Below, in pieces: positions 1 through 13,332 of a stretch of DNA of 64,000 nt. Origin of the DNA: the human T2T-CHM13v2.0 reference genome, Homo sapiens; NCBI RefSeq assembly GCF_009914755.1, contig NC_060937.1. One strand, written 5' to 3'. The position numbers and the translations under genes are program-made. The notes beneath the pieces were generated by a model, which had not been told where the DNA came from, made no database searches, and worked only from the letters and a program-made list of their open reading frames with translations. Each line of letters opens with the position of its first letter. Positions within the stretch are counted from its first letter, which is position 1.

Positions 1-599
1 GGAATCATTTAAAAAACAATACAAGAGAAAGCAGGAAAAGCGAGGGAAAGGAACAAAGAACAAATGGTACAAATAGAAAACAACTAGCAAGATGGTAGAT
101 ATAAATCTGACCAGATCAGTAATTGTATTAAATAAAAATGACCTAAACAATACAAAGTGCAGAAACTCCCAGATTGGATAAAGCAGCAAAATTCAACAGT
201 ATGCTATCTAAGTAGTATAGGGTTATAGTGACAAGTCAGTCAGTCTAGATGTTTTGAAAAGGAGAAAACCATCAAATGGTCACATAAATTGAAGTCTTGG
301 AAACACTGCCATTTAATCTGGCAATGAGGAGGACATAAGTCATCCTAGGCTGGGCACTGTCTTCATCCTTGGTTTCGGCACCACAATTTTCTCTTTATTG
401 TACCACTAACTATCCTTTTCTGTTACTTCCACACTTAAATATTGGGGATTACGAGCTAGACCTCTATCTTTACAAACAGTATATTAAGAGTTATAAGACA
501 AATATGTCCAGGTTGCCATGGGAAAATGAAGCCATGGGTCTTTCCGGGGGAAGGCAGGAAAAGCTTAGATGGAGGGATTCCTAAGCTAAGACTTGTTTG

Positions 600-779
<180 letters not shown>

Positions 780-1540
780 TGAATACCATATATTATGATA
801 TGAGAACATTATAGTCACAAGATGTCAATACATTCTGGGAGACCTGAAGGCTTGGGTTAGCAATAGTTCTGATCAGACTTTACCCATAGGTAATACCTTT
901 TGTGAAGGCTGTTTTCTTGTGGACCATATTCCTAGGGAAATATGTAGGTATTAAGGAGGAAACATTTACCAACACACGTAGGAGGATAACCTGATAATAT
1001 TAAGTGGCAGCCTCTCAAATGAACCCCAGGCTTCTATACATACAGTTTGGCCATACATAGAGCCAGCATTCTTAACTGTTCAATAATCACCTCTTCATTA
1101 CTTATTCCCATCCTACAGGTGGATATCTTAGATGTCAAGAGCAATAATTTACCCCTTTGATCTATATTAATCTTGAATGTGCCCCTAGCCCCAGCAAACA
1201 TTAAATTTTCAAAACACCATGGCCACGTGTCACCCTCAGAGGCGATACTCAAACATATGGCCCCATCTGCAAAAATAACTAAAATACCTGCACTAGAGTT
1301 AGACGCTGACTACACACAATCTAGCACCTGCCAGAGGCCTCGTGAAAACACCTGGTATTTAAGGCAAGTAGTCTAGTGGACCTGCCAGCTATTCCCTCTT
1401 CCACGCTGTCCACGTCACGTCCCTGCTAAAGCTAATCACCTAAAAGCACAGGAGCTGGCCCAAGGAGGACCCGGCAGAAATGCCTCCCTGCTTTATGATT
1501 GGACCATCTGCTAGGTGAGCTTACTTCAGGAAAATTGTAA

Positions 1541-1879
<339 letters not shown>

Positions 1880-2174
1880 TGAAAGTTATATACCTCAAAT
1901 GTTATCTTTTTGTCTGTCATTCCTTCTGGGAAACTCAGTTCCCAATGACAGGCCTAGCTCTTCTTGTTTGTCTGGAACTACTGACACTGTTTCCTCCTTT
2001 GTTAAGTCAAATGGGTCTGACTGGCGTGGCTTCCCCTTACTTAGAGCAAGTGGAACTCTGGGGCCTACAACAGTGCAAATTATCTTAGCCTCTAGCATGA
2101 AATTCGTATTTCATATCTTGTTCTAACTCTCTTTCCCTCTCCTGTATGCATGCGGCATGCACACCAAGCCATAC

Positions 2175-2261
2175 CGGAGCATCCTGACTCATCAGGTAAG
2201 CGCCATGGCCCTGGGTCACGGCTTCTAGGTACTCTTGCTGGGCTTCTTCCTTCTCTTTAAT
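2175..2261 (-). CDS. PARP4: PARP4 coding exon (VIT domain): IKEKEEAQQEYLEAVTQGHGAYLMSQDAP
   Basis: Acceptor cttttccag|ATTAAA and donor GCTCCG|gtatgg. 87 bp. Carries the VIT-domain KEKEEA..Y..A...G motif. Confidence 0.75.
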
Positions 2262-2675
2262 CTGGAAAAGATGAGTTTTAAATCATTCCTTACATGAAGA
2301 GTGACTTCAGGCTTTAATGAAGAAAACAACATCAATGTTTACTAAAACCCAGGCAAAAACTAAAAACTGAGTCTAAGATGAATGGAAACTTAAATAAAGT
2401 GATCATCGAAATATACTTATCTGATAAGAACTTGAACCAGAAAAGGCCAACTAAAGAGAAGTCTCTTTCAGTTGGGATCAAAATATTTCAGAATCAATAG
2501 TGAAAAAAATTTTTCTGGTTGGGAGTTTATGTGGAACAAAACATAATAATTACTTTAAATTTGGGAAATTGTAGTTTCTAATTGTAACTGTGGACTAATC
2601 CTTACAATAAACAAAGAATTAATCAACTGTTGTTTCTTTTCTTTTTTTTTAGAAAGTTACAATAGCTTTCATTTC

Positions 2676-2760
2676 AGCTCGAACCCCTGACCTCAAGTGA
2701 TCCACCTGCCTCAGCCTCCTGAAGTGCTGGGATTACAGGGATGAGCCACTGCACCCGGCC
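2676..2760 (-). mobile_element. Alu fragment (left-arm end)
   Basis: cctcaagtgatccacctgcctcagcctcctgaagtgctgggattacagggatgagccactgcacccggcc. Confidence 0.8.
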
Positions 2761-3044
2761 CTCTTTAACTTTTCATACTGAAATCACTCTTACGGTGCCA
2801 AGGCAAAGAATGTGCAAGACACTGAAGATGAAGACTGGACAGATGGGGGTAGAAACCCTTCATCACGGAGGGATGCTTGAGGGAGGCTCACTGCGCAAGA
2901 ACTGATTCTTCAAAGAATATTCTCGTTTTATGATAAGGCTGCTACTCAACCTTGTAGCCATGGGGACTCCAAAAACAAAGGTTCTGGGAAATGGAAGCTG
3001 ACTTTGAAAGCCGAGAGCGGGCACGATGCATCTTCTTGCCTTAC

Positions 3045-3161
3045 CTCTCCAACTATGTGCTTCCCATTGATGAAGGCTTCGAAGCCACACACAGCGGCCT
3101 TGTCATCCAAAGGAAAGATATATTTTGCCTCAATGGGCACGTGACTTTTATTTGTGTATGT
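3045..3161 (-). CDS. PARP4: PARP4 coding exon (VIT domain): TYTNKSHVPIEAKYIFPLDDKAAVCGFEAFINGKHIVGE
   Basis: Acceptor tgtttttcag|ACATAC and donor GGAGAG|gtaagg. 117 bp. The VIT-domain pattern F.FP.......F.A.I.GK.I.GE is present. Confidence 0.85.
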
Positions 3162-5039
3162 CTGAAAAACAATGACCTGAAGAAGAAAAAAAATCCATAC
3201 AATTGATGAGACCACATGGACTACATTTGCAGGAACAAGGACGAACGAAAATGATTTTGCATATTTATTTGAATTTCCTTGAATTTGTATCACGTCCCTC
3301 AAATTCCCAACCCTGGCTTCACTTCTGCAATGGAGAGCCCATGTCATGTGATAAAATGCACCAGTCCCACGGTTAGGTGGTTCATTCATGTCTGACTGGA
3401 ATAGAAGCCACCTGAAGTCTTACCAACACTGACTTAGCAGACGCAATATAGCTCTTGTTAAGACAGCTGGAAAATCGCCCCTTTCGTTTTGTGGGCTTTG
3501 ATGCCTCCTTCGTGCCATGTTGGCTGGAAACGATTCCAGAATAGTCCTTCTATCCTATCAGCTCTCAGGACTTGGCCTTTCCTCCTGGGGACCTCTCTGT
3601 GGCTTTCCCCCTCTCTACACAGCCCTCATCTAGCTCCTCATCTCTGTGTGCGTTGGTTCTTCCAGAATCAAGTCTTCTCCACTACTCTCTGTTGTCTCTA
3701 TTATCTAATTAATCTTTCCAACAGACTGTTTTCATCACTCCCTCACTCAGGAAAAGGCGGGAGGCTTTAAATATTTGAAAATTAAGAAAAAACTCCTCAG
3801 ACATACAATAAACAGTAAGATTTTAAACATGTGACAATAATAAGGCAAAAATATTTAATGATCTGTAATCAATAATCCAGGGAAGACACCAAAATGAAAA
3901 ATTTAAAAAAAAAATCTAACTTATTTGAAAACATTGTCCACACCTGGATTTGCTGCAAGCTTGGCTGCCCCTAGGGTGTGTAGGGTGCCAGGCAAAATTT
4001 TTCAAGGAGTCCTTGTTAATATGAGCAATTTGAGTCTCCCCAAATCAGCAGGTCAGCACCGTCCTAGAGACAGAATCTCTTGCCATCCTGCAAATGAACA
4101 CCTTGCTGGCCAGTGGGTAGGATTCCTGGAATCCCGGTCTGGCCAGCCACCCAAGAGGAGGCAAACGTGCGTCCTGGAGTTTCTCAGCGATCTGGGCTAT
4201 GCTGCCTGCAATGACTGCTTAGAGTGTGCCTGGTGAGGAGGCACCAGGACTGGGGCCCACCTAGTACTGACTGGGGGGACGTCAGACACTGTCCCCTTGA
4301 CCGTGCACGGAACTCCTTCTCATCCTGTCTTGGATTTCCTCAGTTTTACGAAACCCTCAAAGGCATGTATGCTTGCCCTGAGTTTGATGATCAGGATCAC
4401 TATCTAATTGTACTTGGTGTAGACTAATGTTTCTTCCTACTCAGTAGCCTTCCTGCCTGTTCTAGTTAGCAGGCCCGCCTTTGCGCAGGAGTCCCCAGAC
4501 ATCAGGCCGGTGGCAGCTGCACTCTCTTTTCATATCACACTGTGTGGCTGGGCACTCACAAAGGTCAATAATTTTAGATAACGATAATAAAAGTATTTTT
4601 ACCAGGCCTTAGAACAGAAACTAATATAATGTAACAAATTTTGACATCTTAATTTTCTTCCATTAGATAAAACCATGATGTAACTAAGCTTAACATCATC
4701 AATTTATTCCAAGAAGGGTCAAAATGTATGAGCCATGCACATATAAGAATCTACACCCCAGCCTCTGCTTGGATACTCAAGCTAAATCTACAGTCTGGCT
4801 GTTTCATCAAAAAATGAGTGAGAAATTCACTGCTAAATCGAGTTATTTTGGGGCAAACTTCCCCAGGGAACAGGCCTCTTCGGGTTTGAAATATCAAATG
4901 GTACAAGTCATCTAATCCCAAGTAAGGCATGGAGGACACACGCCTCTCCCTGTAACCTCGTCATAATTTGTTGTGCACACAAAAACAATGCCCTAAGTCC
5001 TTTATATTTATTAGATTGAATAGCCACTACACTGATGGG

Positions 5040-5190
5040 CAGATATTATTATTTCCATTTTACACATGAGGAAAACGAGGCAAAAGAGTTAAGTAACTTT
5101 CCCAAACTCACAGCACTAGAAAGAATAAACAAGAATTCAAAGCTAAGCCTTACAAACTCTGGATCCTTTGCTTTGTATGATCTACCATGC
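5040..5190 (-). mobile_element. MIR SINE fragment (core region)
   Basis: ttattatttccattttacacatgaggaaaacgaggcaaaagagttaagtaactttcccaaactcacagc is the reverse complement of the MIR core. Confidence 0.6.
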
Positions 5191-5194
5191 TGCA

Positions 5195-5295
5195 CTATGG
5201 TGTACTGGTTAAGAATCTGGACGCTGGAATCAGAATGATCTGAGTTCAAATTTGGGCTTTATCATATTGTTTGTCTCTGGGCCTCAGCTTCTTCT
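5195..5295 (+). mobile_element. MIR SINE fragment (5' tRNA-like part)
   Basis: gcactatggtgtactggttaagaatctggacgctggaatcagaatgatctgagttcaaatttgggctttatcat matches the MIR 5' region. Confidence 0.55.
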
Positions 5296-6043
5296 TCCAA
5301 ACAATGGGCATAATTATAGCACTTGGCCCATGGAGTCTGAGAGAATTAAGTACTGCATGTGGAAAACTCGGCTGAGGGCCTGACTCTTAAGAAATGGTAA
5401 CCATTATGTTTACAGATCCTAAGTGGTGCCAAAGGGATTGGTGGAAATGGAACATGTCCCATGAGCCCACAGCTGGGTCTTTTCAAAGTCTATGACTTTG
5501 CTCTGAGCTGCCTTGAGGATGTGTGTATGGGTCAGAGTGGGCCCAGGGGTGGAGGTCAGCTATATCCAAACTGCTCTTCTCACCCAACGCCCCGTCTCCC
5601 CAGATTAAGGTGATCACTGAAATGGAACTAATTTTCCTCTACAGGGATCAGAACATCATGGCACTGTACTTGAACGTTCTTAATCTCCTCAAAGGCCTTT
5701 ATGGTTGTTCAATGCAATCTTCAGAGTCAGAAGCTGATCATGAGGCCAAATCTTAGCAAACCAATTCAATTTTAGAAAACCAAAAACTTAACTTTCCAAG
5801 CTCTACCACTGCATCTGGCCACTTGGCACCCCTGAAACGCTGCCTTCCATCCTGTGACTGTGGATGATGAACCTGCTGCGAGCTCCTGGCTGCGGCCCCA
5901 GCACCTGCATTAGATAACCCTCCTGTGATGCTTGTCTTTTGCTTTGACCAGTTCTTACTCACTTGGTATTTAATGCTCTTTCTGAGCTTCAGTGCAGATA
6001 ATTTAATAAGGTGGGGTTTTCTCCTTCTCTTTCAACACCCTGA

Positions 6044-6375
6044 GTTTTTTTTTTTTTTTTTTTTGAGACAGGGTCTCACTCTATCACCCAGGTTGGAGTG
6101 CAGTGGTGCGATTTTGGCTCATTGCAACCTCTGCCTCCTCCAACCTGCCCTCCTGTGACTTTGCCCATTCTAGTAATGGCAAGCCATCCTCCCATCTCGA
6201 CCTCCCAAGTAGATGGGACTACAGGTGTACGCCACTGCGCTCAGCCAATTTTTGTAGAGATGGGGTTTCTCCATGTTCCCCAGGCTGGTCTGGAACTCCT
6301 GAGCTGAAGCAATCCTCCTGCCTCAGCCTCCCTCCCAACGTCCTGGGATTACAGGCATGAACCACCGCACTGGCC
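6044..6375 (-). mobile_element. Alu carrying a ~60-bp non-Alu (L2-like) insert at 6131-6191
   Basis: Alu ends are intact. The internal segment tccaacctgccctcctgtgactttgcccattctagtaatggcaagccatcc replaces ~28 bp of Alu sequence. Confidence 0.85.
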
Positions 6376-6645
6376 ACCACCCTGGTATTTATGATAGCAA
6401 AATGTGTATATTTTAGTAGCTAACAAAGGTTTGGGAGAACAGTAGAATTCATCTCTCTCTGGGAAGAAAGTGCTTTGAGCACTGCCTGGCACAACATAAG
6501 GGCAATATACATGTTTGTTACAAAGAAATGTTAAATAAATAAGGGCATAATAAAGTTCTAAATTGAGTCTTTGGAGATATTTCGATAAACGTAAAATTCA
6601 GAACAGTTTACCAGGAAAGTCTTTTCAACAATGTTTCCTATTTAT
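6376..6645 (+). repeat. Copy A of a ~270-300 bp sequence that recurs inverted at 11460-12057
   Basis: Direct comparison with the reverse complement of 11460-11597 and 11887-12057 gives roughly 88-90% identity over the whole length. Confidence 0.8.
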
Positions 6646-6829
6646 GCAATAAAACATAGAGAAGGGTATAGAGAAGGAAGCAGTTCCAGCAATTCCCCTC
6701 TCCCAGGTCGCCAGGTTTCCCTCCTGCGCTGACTCCCACACATGCTGTTGTTTCTTGCATCTTAAAATGAGAAAGAAAATACTCAACCCCACTTCTCTTC
6801 AGCTGCTGTCTCATCTTCTCTCCTCTGTC

Positions 6830-8530
6830 TCCCAGTTCTTCCTCCCATTCCCTCTTGAACTCACTCTGATCAGCCTTTCACCCCCACCACACCATCAAAA
6901 GGCAAAGGTCACCAACAATCTCATTGCTAAATCCAGTGATCAGGGCTGGGTTGTTATTCATGAGACCCACCAGCCTCCCCTCCCTGTTCAGCTGTCCTCG
7001 TGTGTCTCCACAGCCGCTCCCTCCTGGTCTCTGTGGCTGACTCAGCCTCCTCCCCTACGTCTCCACGTTGGCCTCTGTGCTCTACTGATTCTCTGGGTGT
7101 TTAATCTGGGCTCATGACTTTAAACACTATGTGAATGCTGCTGACTCCCCACTTATAAGTCCAACTGGGGTCTCCTCCCTGGTCCTATGTAGTCACAAGA
7201 CCTACTTGGCCAAAGATAAACTCCTGATGGCCCCCAACCTGCCCTCCTGTGACTTTGACCATTCTAGTAAGTGCAAACATGATCCTTCTAGTTATTCAGG
7301 GCAAACACTCTGCTGTCTTCCTGGGCCGCTGTCTTTCTCTTGTGTCCCGTCCCCACCAGCAAATCTGATTGGCTCTGCTCTCAGGCCTTGGCGGACTCCA
7401 TCACTTCCTACACCCCCACTGCAAACCTTCTTCTCCACATCACCAGGTCCCTTAACTGAATTGTCAATCGTCTCCTCTATGTGATGTGACGTTGGGCCCG
7501 CTGTGTCACCTTCAGTACTGAGACTGCTAGGAGTGTCACCTGTGGGGCGCCTCCCCAGGAACCGTCCTCAGCCAAAGACAAACTGCCTTAGCCAAGGTTC
7601 TGACCCCTCCCTGGAGCAGCCCACATCCCAGGACTGGCCCCAGTGGGGCTACAAAGCCCGGCCCCCTTGCCTTGATTCAGACCTTCTCTCAAGGACCACT
7701 CTGGCCCAGAGCTTCCCCCAAGATCATCTGAGGACTCTGTTGTCTCCTCGGCCACGTCCTGCCTCCCTCACTCCCTCACAGGTGCGGCTCCTGCAGGCAC
7801 AGTCCCACAGGCTTCCTGAAAACAAATTCCATCCAGAGTCTGCTTTCTAGGGAACTTGACCTAACATTTCTCCCACTGGGCCTCTTCCTACTGTTCCCAA
7901 CATGGTGGCCAGAGTGAGCTGGTTAAAACAGGTCTGTTCATGTCATTCCTCTGCCAAACATCTAGAAGCTTCCATTTCACTCAGAGTCAAGGACAGCATG
8001 ACCTGTGTGCTGATGTGAGAGCCCCTCACCTCTCTGACTCAGTCCCCATGCACTCTCCCCTTTCCACCCCACTGCAGCCACAGTGCATCTCCTTGGCGCG
8101 CCTGGGCCAGATCAGCCTCCTTCCTACCTCTGAGCCTTGGCATGTGATGTTCCCGCTGCCTGGAATAAGCATCCCCTGACGTCCACACAGTTTAGCCCCC
8201 ACTTCCTTCAGGTCTGTATGCAGATGTCACCTTCTCAGGGAGGCCTCCATGGCCATTCTGTTTACAGGTTCAAAGCCCCTGTCTTTCACAGCTCCTATCT
8301 GTGAAAGCAGCTCCTCCTGCTTTCCTTTTTCTCTTTAGCACCTGTCACCACCTGACATGTTATGTGTTTCACTCTTTCATCATGATTATTGCCTACTCCC
8401 CCACACAGTGTGTGCTCCACAAGGGCAGAGCTTTTGTATTGTGCACTGCTGGATGCTCAGAGCCTAGCTAGTCCCTGGCGTGGAGTGCTCAGTGAATATC
8501 TCTTGAATAAAATACATTTTAGAAATCTAT
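6830..8530 (+). mobile_element. LINE-2 (L2) 3'-terminal region
   Basis: Blocks match the L2 3' consensus as I recall it: cagcaaatctgattggctct..., tcatgtcattcctctgccaaacatctagaagcttccatttcactcagagtcaagg..., cacttccttcaggtctgtatgcagatgtcaccttctcagggaggcctcc..., ctcccccacacagtgtgtgctccacaagggcagag...gtgctcagtgaatatctcttgaataaaa. Confidence 0.6.
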
Positions 8531-8622
8531 CTATTCCCTTCAGTTCATGCAACTGCAATCAAATTCTCATGTATGGTTTACATCCATGTAGTTTAAGTGT
8601 CATAAAGCCACAGACAACATAC

Positions 8623-8747
8623 CTGGGCTACAGTGTCTATGATTCTCCCTTTGATGTGGACATCCTCCAGAGGAACCAAGTTCCCAGAGGCATCCTGGAG
8701 GCCGGCCTTGGTGCTGCTGGAAGTTTTGGCATCTGGTAACTGGTAAT
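8623..8747 (-). CDS. PARP4: PARP4 coding exon: (D)YQLPDAKTSSSTKAGLQDASGNLVPLEDVHIKGRIIDTVAQ
   Basis: Acceptor aacgtttag|ATTACC and donor GCCCAG|gtatgttg. 125 bp. Confidence 0.8.
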
Positions 8748-8943
8748 CTAAACGTTAAAAATGTTACTATTAGCTTTCAAAACCATCCCTGTCTATTTTT
8801 GTTATCTTGATCTTTATTCCTTCTCCAAGCCTTCATGCATTTTATTTTAGGGAAAATGGACAAATAGCATTTTATGATTTTCAATAGCCAATTCTGAAAA
8901 GCAAGTGAACCCACATGAGAAAAATGAGAGGTGCCTTCTGCCT

Positions 8944-9238
8944 TTTTTTTTTTTGAGATAGCATGTCACTCTGTCACCCAAGTGGTAGTGCAGTGGCACA
9001 ATCTCTGCTCACAGTAGACTCCTCCTCTCTGGCTCAGGTGATCCTCCTGTCTCAGCCTCCCGAGTAGCTGGGACTATAGGCATGCACCACAATGCCCAGC
9101 TAATTTTTTGGTATTTTTTGTAGAGATGAGGTTTAGCCATGTTGTCCAGGCTGGTCTTGAACTCCTGGACTCAAGGGATCTACCTGCCTTGACCTCCCAA
9201 AGTGCTGGGACTATGGGCGTGAGACACTACACCTGGCC
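8944..9238 (-). mobile_element. Alu, full length
   Basis: Poly-T, then gagatagcatgtcactctgtcacccaag ... gctgggactatgggcgtgagacactacacctggcc. Confidence 0.9.
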
Positions 9239-9295
9239 TGCCTTTTTTTTTGTTTTTTAAAGACCCTTCAGCTTAAATTTTTTTTTCTTCTTTTC

Positions 9296-9420
9296 TTTTT
9301 TTTTTCTTTGGTAGAGATTGGAGTTTCACTATGTTGCCCAGGCTGGTTTTGAACTCCTGTGCTCAAGTAATCCTCCTGCCTTAGCCTCTCGAGTAGCTGC
9401 GACTACAGACATGTGCTCTT
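9296..9420 (-). mobile_element. Alu fragment
   Basis: ggtagagattggagtttcactatgttgcccaggctggttttgaactcctgtgctcaagtaatcctcctgccttagcctc. Confidence 0.8.
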
Positions 9421-10349
9421 CTGCCTTTTTAATGTAGAGACTGTGGGGTGTCCTCCTGAAAACACAGCATTACTTGACATACATTTAAACATACACACAA
9501 ATACACAGAGGTCTTCAGACTGTCTGAAGTGTGGCTGAAGCCTGAATCCAGGTGTCTGCATTCCCTGGCTTATAGTGTGGAAGGGCTCGGTCACTATTAT
9601 TTATGGTGCCACACAAGCATTTTGGGATGGCATCAAACAACGTAGATTTTCAATCCAAGGAAGACTGAATCAACTCCTATGGCAGCATATTGAAAAATGT
9701 ACACATCCTATTCTAAGTGGCACAAACATACAGATAAGGTTAGGAAATATAAATACATATTGTCTTGCCAGATATTTCACTTAATGACTCCCAGAGAAAA
9801 AACTGGAGTCACCCCTGAACACACATGAACTCATGCGTTTCTGACAAAAAATAATTTGAGCATGGTCAAAAATGTTAATGTGTTCTTACAGTCCTACTAA
9901 TTAATACTGTAATTGTTTGGCCTCATGATACTCTGAGAAGTGAATATCCTCTTGTATGCTCGCACTACTACGGCTAACACACGCACCACACATGGCAATT
10001 TACTCAGTGCCTTCAATTTCCCCTTCAGCCCTTACAGCAATTCTGTCATGCGGGTACTGCTCTCATTCCCATCGGAGAGAAGGTGGAGCGCAAAAGGTCA
10101 TGCAGTTTCAAAACTGCAAGGTGGCAGGGCGACACTCAAACCCTGGGCTTCCTGGCTCTACAGCGGCTCTGCTGTCTGCTCTCCCGACCCCATTACACTT
10201 TCTGCACCATGACATCTTAGCAAGGTTCCACAAGTTTTAGCCTTGGCTATTCCTGAAGCGAATAAGCTCAACTTCAGTGTGTTAATGAAGTCACATGGAA
10301 TTTCTCAATCATCCTAGTTGTTATGTACGCAAGATAAAAAAGGAAATGA

Positions 10350-10619
10350 GGCTGGCCATGGTGGCTCATATCTGTAATCCCAGCATTTTGGGATACCAAG
10401 GCAGGAGGATCGCTTAATGCCAGGAATTTCAGGCCAGCCTAGGCAACATAGTGAGAATTTGTCTCTAAAAAAAAAAGTCACGGATGGTAGTCCTAGCTAC
10501 TCAGGAGGCTGAGTCAGGAGGATCATTTGAAACCCAGGAGTTTGAGGCTGCAGTGCACTTTGATCACACACTGTACTCCAGCCTGGGGGACAGAGTGAGA
10601 CCCTGTCTCAAAAAAAAAA
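10350..10619 (+). mobile_element. Alu
   Basis: ggctggccatggtggctcatatctgtaatcccagcattttggga ... cagagtgagaccctgtctcaaaaaaaaaa. Confidence 0.9.
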
Positions 10620-10853
10620 GAAATATATATATTTTAAAATTAAGTGCTTTATTTTGATACTAGGCAGAGGGGTTTGACTGATGTTAACACTGAGAGAAAT
10701 TTGTGGGAAACAATTTTGAGATTGAAAGGAAACGAAATACTTATGGATGAGGTCATAGATATAACAAATGCAAATATACATTCCATTGAAAATATAACAT
10801 TTGAGGTCTATAAATATAATAACATAAAACAGCATTCAAGAAAATTGTCCTAC

Positions 10854-11010
10854 CTTCAACCTTTGAAAAATTTGAAAACTCAGGTCTGTATTCCTCTAAT
10901 TCAGTATGATCACTAGGATGAAAGTCCTTTATCTGATCTCCAGGCATGGAAAATTTAATAATATATTTCATTTTAACCTGATTGGTTTTATAGACAACAA
11001 ATTCATCATC
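10854..11010 (-). CDS. PARP4: PARP4 coding exon (catalytic Glu in DEFVVY): DDEFVVYKTNQVKMKYIIKFSMPGDQIKDFHPSDHTELEEYRPEFSNFSKVE(D)
   Basis: Acceptor tttgctctag|GATGAT and donor GTTGAAG|gtaggac. 157 bp. Confidence 0.85.
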
Positions 11011-11245
11011 CTAGAGCAAACAGAAATCAGTAGGTGATTAACAACAGAAGCAACAAAAAACCTGTATTGGCAGATGTTTTCATAAAAGCATGTTTGCTAA
11101 TTTAGAAAATGTTGAATTAATTCATGCAGTAAATATATAACAATTATTTAAACTTAAGCATATTTAATGAAAATAGGAGCAAAAAACTAAGGCCTTTCTT
11201 TGAGCATTCAAGACCCTCTTTGCTTCTTCCTTGAAATAAAAATAC

Positions 11246-11429
11246 CTCAAAGTCTGTGGTGACAGAGGCTGTTTGTGAAACTCCATGCACACTGTCGTAG
11301 CCTGGTGGTGCTTCAGTTAAGGAAAAGTCCTTCTCATGTAAGTCCATACACTTTCCGAGGGCTACGTCACAAATGAGCAGGAGTCTGGTGCCATCTGTCT
11401 CTCCCGGGTGTGAGTACTTGATACTTGTA
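11246..11429 (-). CDS. PARP4: PARP4 coding exon (catalytic): (S)TSIKYSHPGETDGTRLLLICDVALGKCMDLHEKDFSLTEAPPGYDSVHGVSQTASVTTDFE
   Basis: Acceptor cgcttgtag|TACAAG and donor TTTGAG|gtattttt. 184 bp. Part of a 103-aa ORF in the six-frame track. Confidence 0.85.
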
Positions 11430-11459
11430 CTACAAGCGAAAGGAAATAAACACATATTT

Positions 11460-12057
<598 letters not shown>

Positions 12058-12399
12058 GAAAAATCACCACCTTATTAATTAGGAAAAAGTAGATTTAATT
12101 CTCTGCACTAAAGCTCAGAAAGGAATAAGAACCGTGGGTACCAAGTGAGTAAGAACTGGTCAAAGGGAAAGACAAGCTCTCACAAAGCCTCCTGAAAGGA
12201 AAAACAAACATTTCAAATTATATCCAAATGAGAAATGTTGTTTTATCTTTCTTTGGGAATCAGCAGCTTTAATAAGGCAACTCTTGCTATTAGGAGCACA
12301 GACTAGGACACACCTTTGGACACAACATTTTGGAGACGCATCTCTATTTTTTAAAGATTAAGTTCAAAATGCCGAAGTATGGCCAGACGACCCTTCTTT

Positions 12400-13332
12400 G
12401 TTTCACCTACTGAAAAAAAAAATCAGTTCCCCCATTCCTTCTAAAATCCTCTCCCCTTTGGAGGGCTCTTTTCCTGCAACTTACAAGCATGCTTTCTTCC
12501 TTCTCATTAAACCCCACTCTGGACTTCTCCCTGGAGCTCTCTCTATTCCTTCCTATCTCACCACGTTCTGGCAAAGGGGGCCCAGCTGGGCTCCTGAGTC
12601 TGGTGGGGACGTGGAGAACCTTTATGTTTAGCTCAGGGATTGTAAACACACCAATCAGCACCCTGTGTCTAGCTCAGGGTTTGTGAGTGCACCAATCGAC
12701 ACTCTGTATCTAGCTACTCTGGTGGGGCCTTGGAGAACCTTTGTGTGGACACTCTGTGTCTAGCTAATCTGGTGGGGAGGTGGAGAACCTTTGTGTCTAG
12801 CTCAGGGATTGTAAACGCACCAATCAGCGCCCTGTCAAAACAGACCACCCTACTCTACCAATCAGCAGGATGTGGGTGGTGCCAGATAAGAGAATAAAAG
12901 CAGGCTGCCCCAGCCAGCAGTGGCAACCCGCTCTGGTCCTCTTCCGCACTGTGGAAGCTTTGTTCTTTCGCTCTTTGCAATAAATCTTGCTACTGCTCAC
13001 TCTTTGGGTCCACACTGCCTCTATGAGCTGTAACACTCACCACGAAGGTCTGCAGCTTCACTCCTGAAGCCCGCGAGACCACGAGCCCAATGGGAGGAAC
13101 GAACAACTCCAGATGCGCCGCCTTAAGAGCTGTAACACTCACTGCGAAGGTCTGCAGCTTCACTCCTGAGCCAGCGAGACCACGAACCCACCAGAAGGAA
13201 GAAACTCCGAACACATCTGAACATCAGAAGGAACAAACTCTGGACACGCCGCCTTTAGGAACTGTAACACTCACCGCGAGGGTCCGCGGCTTCATTCTTG
13301 AAGTCAGTGAGACCAAGAACCCACCAATTCTG
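12400..13332 (+). mobile_element. LTR12 (HERV9 solo LTR). The 5' boundary is approximate.
   Basis: Repeated tgtgtctagctcagggattgtaaacgcaccaatcagcgccctgtcaaaacag units, ataaaagcaggctgccccagccagcagtggcaacccgctctggtcc, and the characteristic tail gctgtaacactcac(c/t)gcgaaggtctgcagcttcactcctga...accaagaacccaccaattctgg. Confidence 0.85.

Noticed and set aside
1140-1215. Possible next PARP4 exon (minus-strand peptide GTFKINIDQRG with a ggtaaat donor)
   Set aside because: The acceptor is weak. Similarity to the expected VIT continuation (..VF.V.VGNL..) is marginal, and I could not confirm it. The true next exon probably lies beyond the window start.
2946-3389. 147-aa ORF as a single coding region
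   Set aside because: Only the 117 bp at 3045-3161 is exon, bounded by an acceptor and a GTAAGG donor. The rest of the ORF is intron read-through.
3480-3770. Possible additional L2/MIR-like fragment (ctcccctc..., ccctcactcaggaaaaggcgggagg)
   Set aside because: The similarity is too weak to call without an alignment tool.
9940-10240. 90-94 aa overlapping ORFs
   Set aside because: No splice-site or homology support. The region looks like an old MIR-like or unclassified repeat, and PARP4 exon phasing does not require an exon here.
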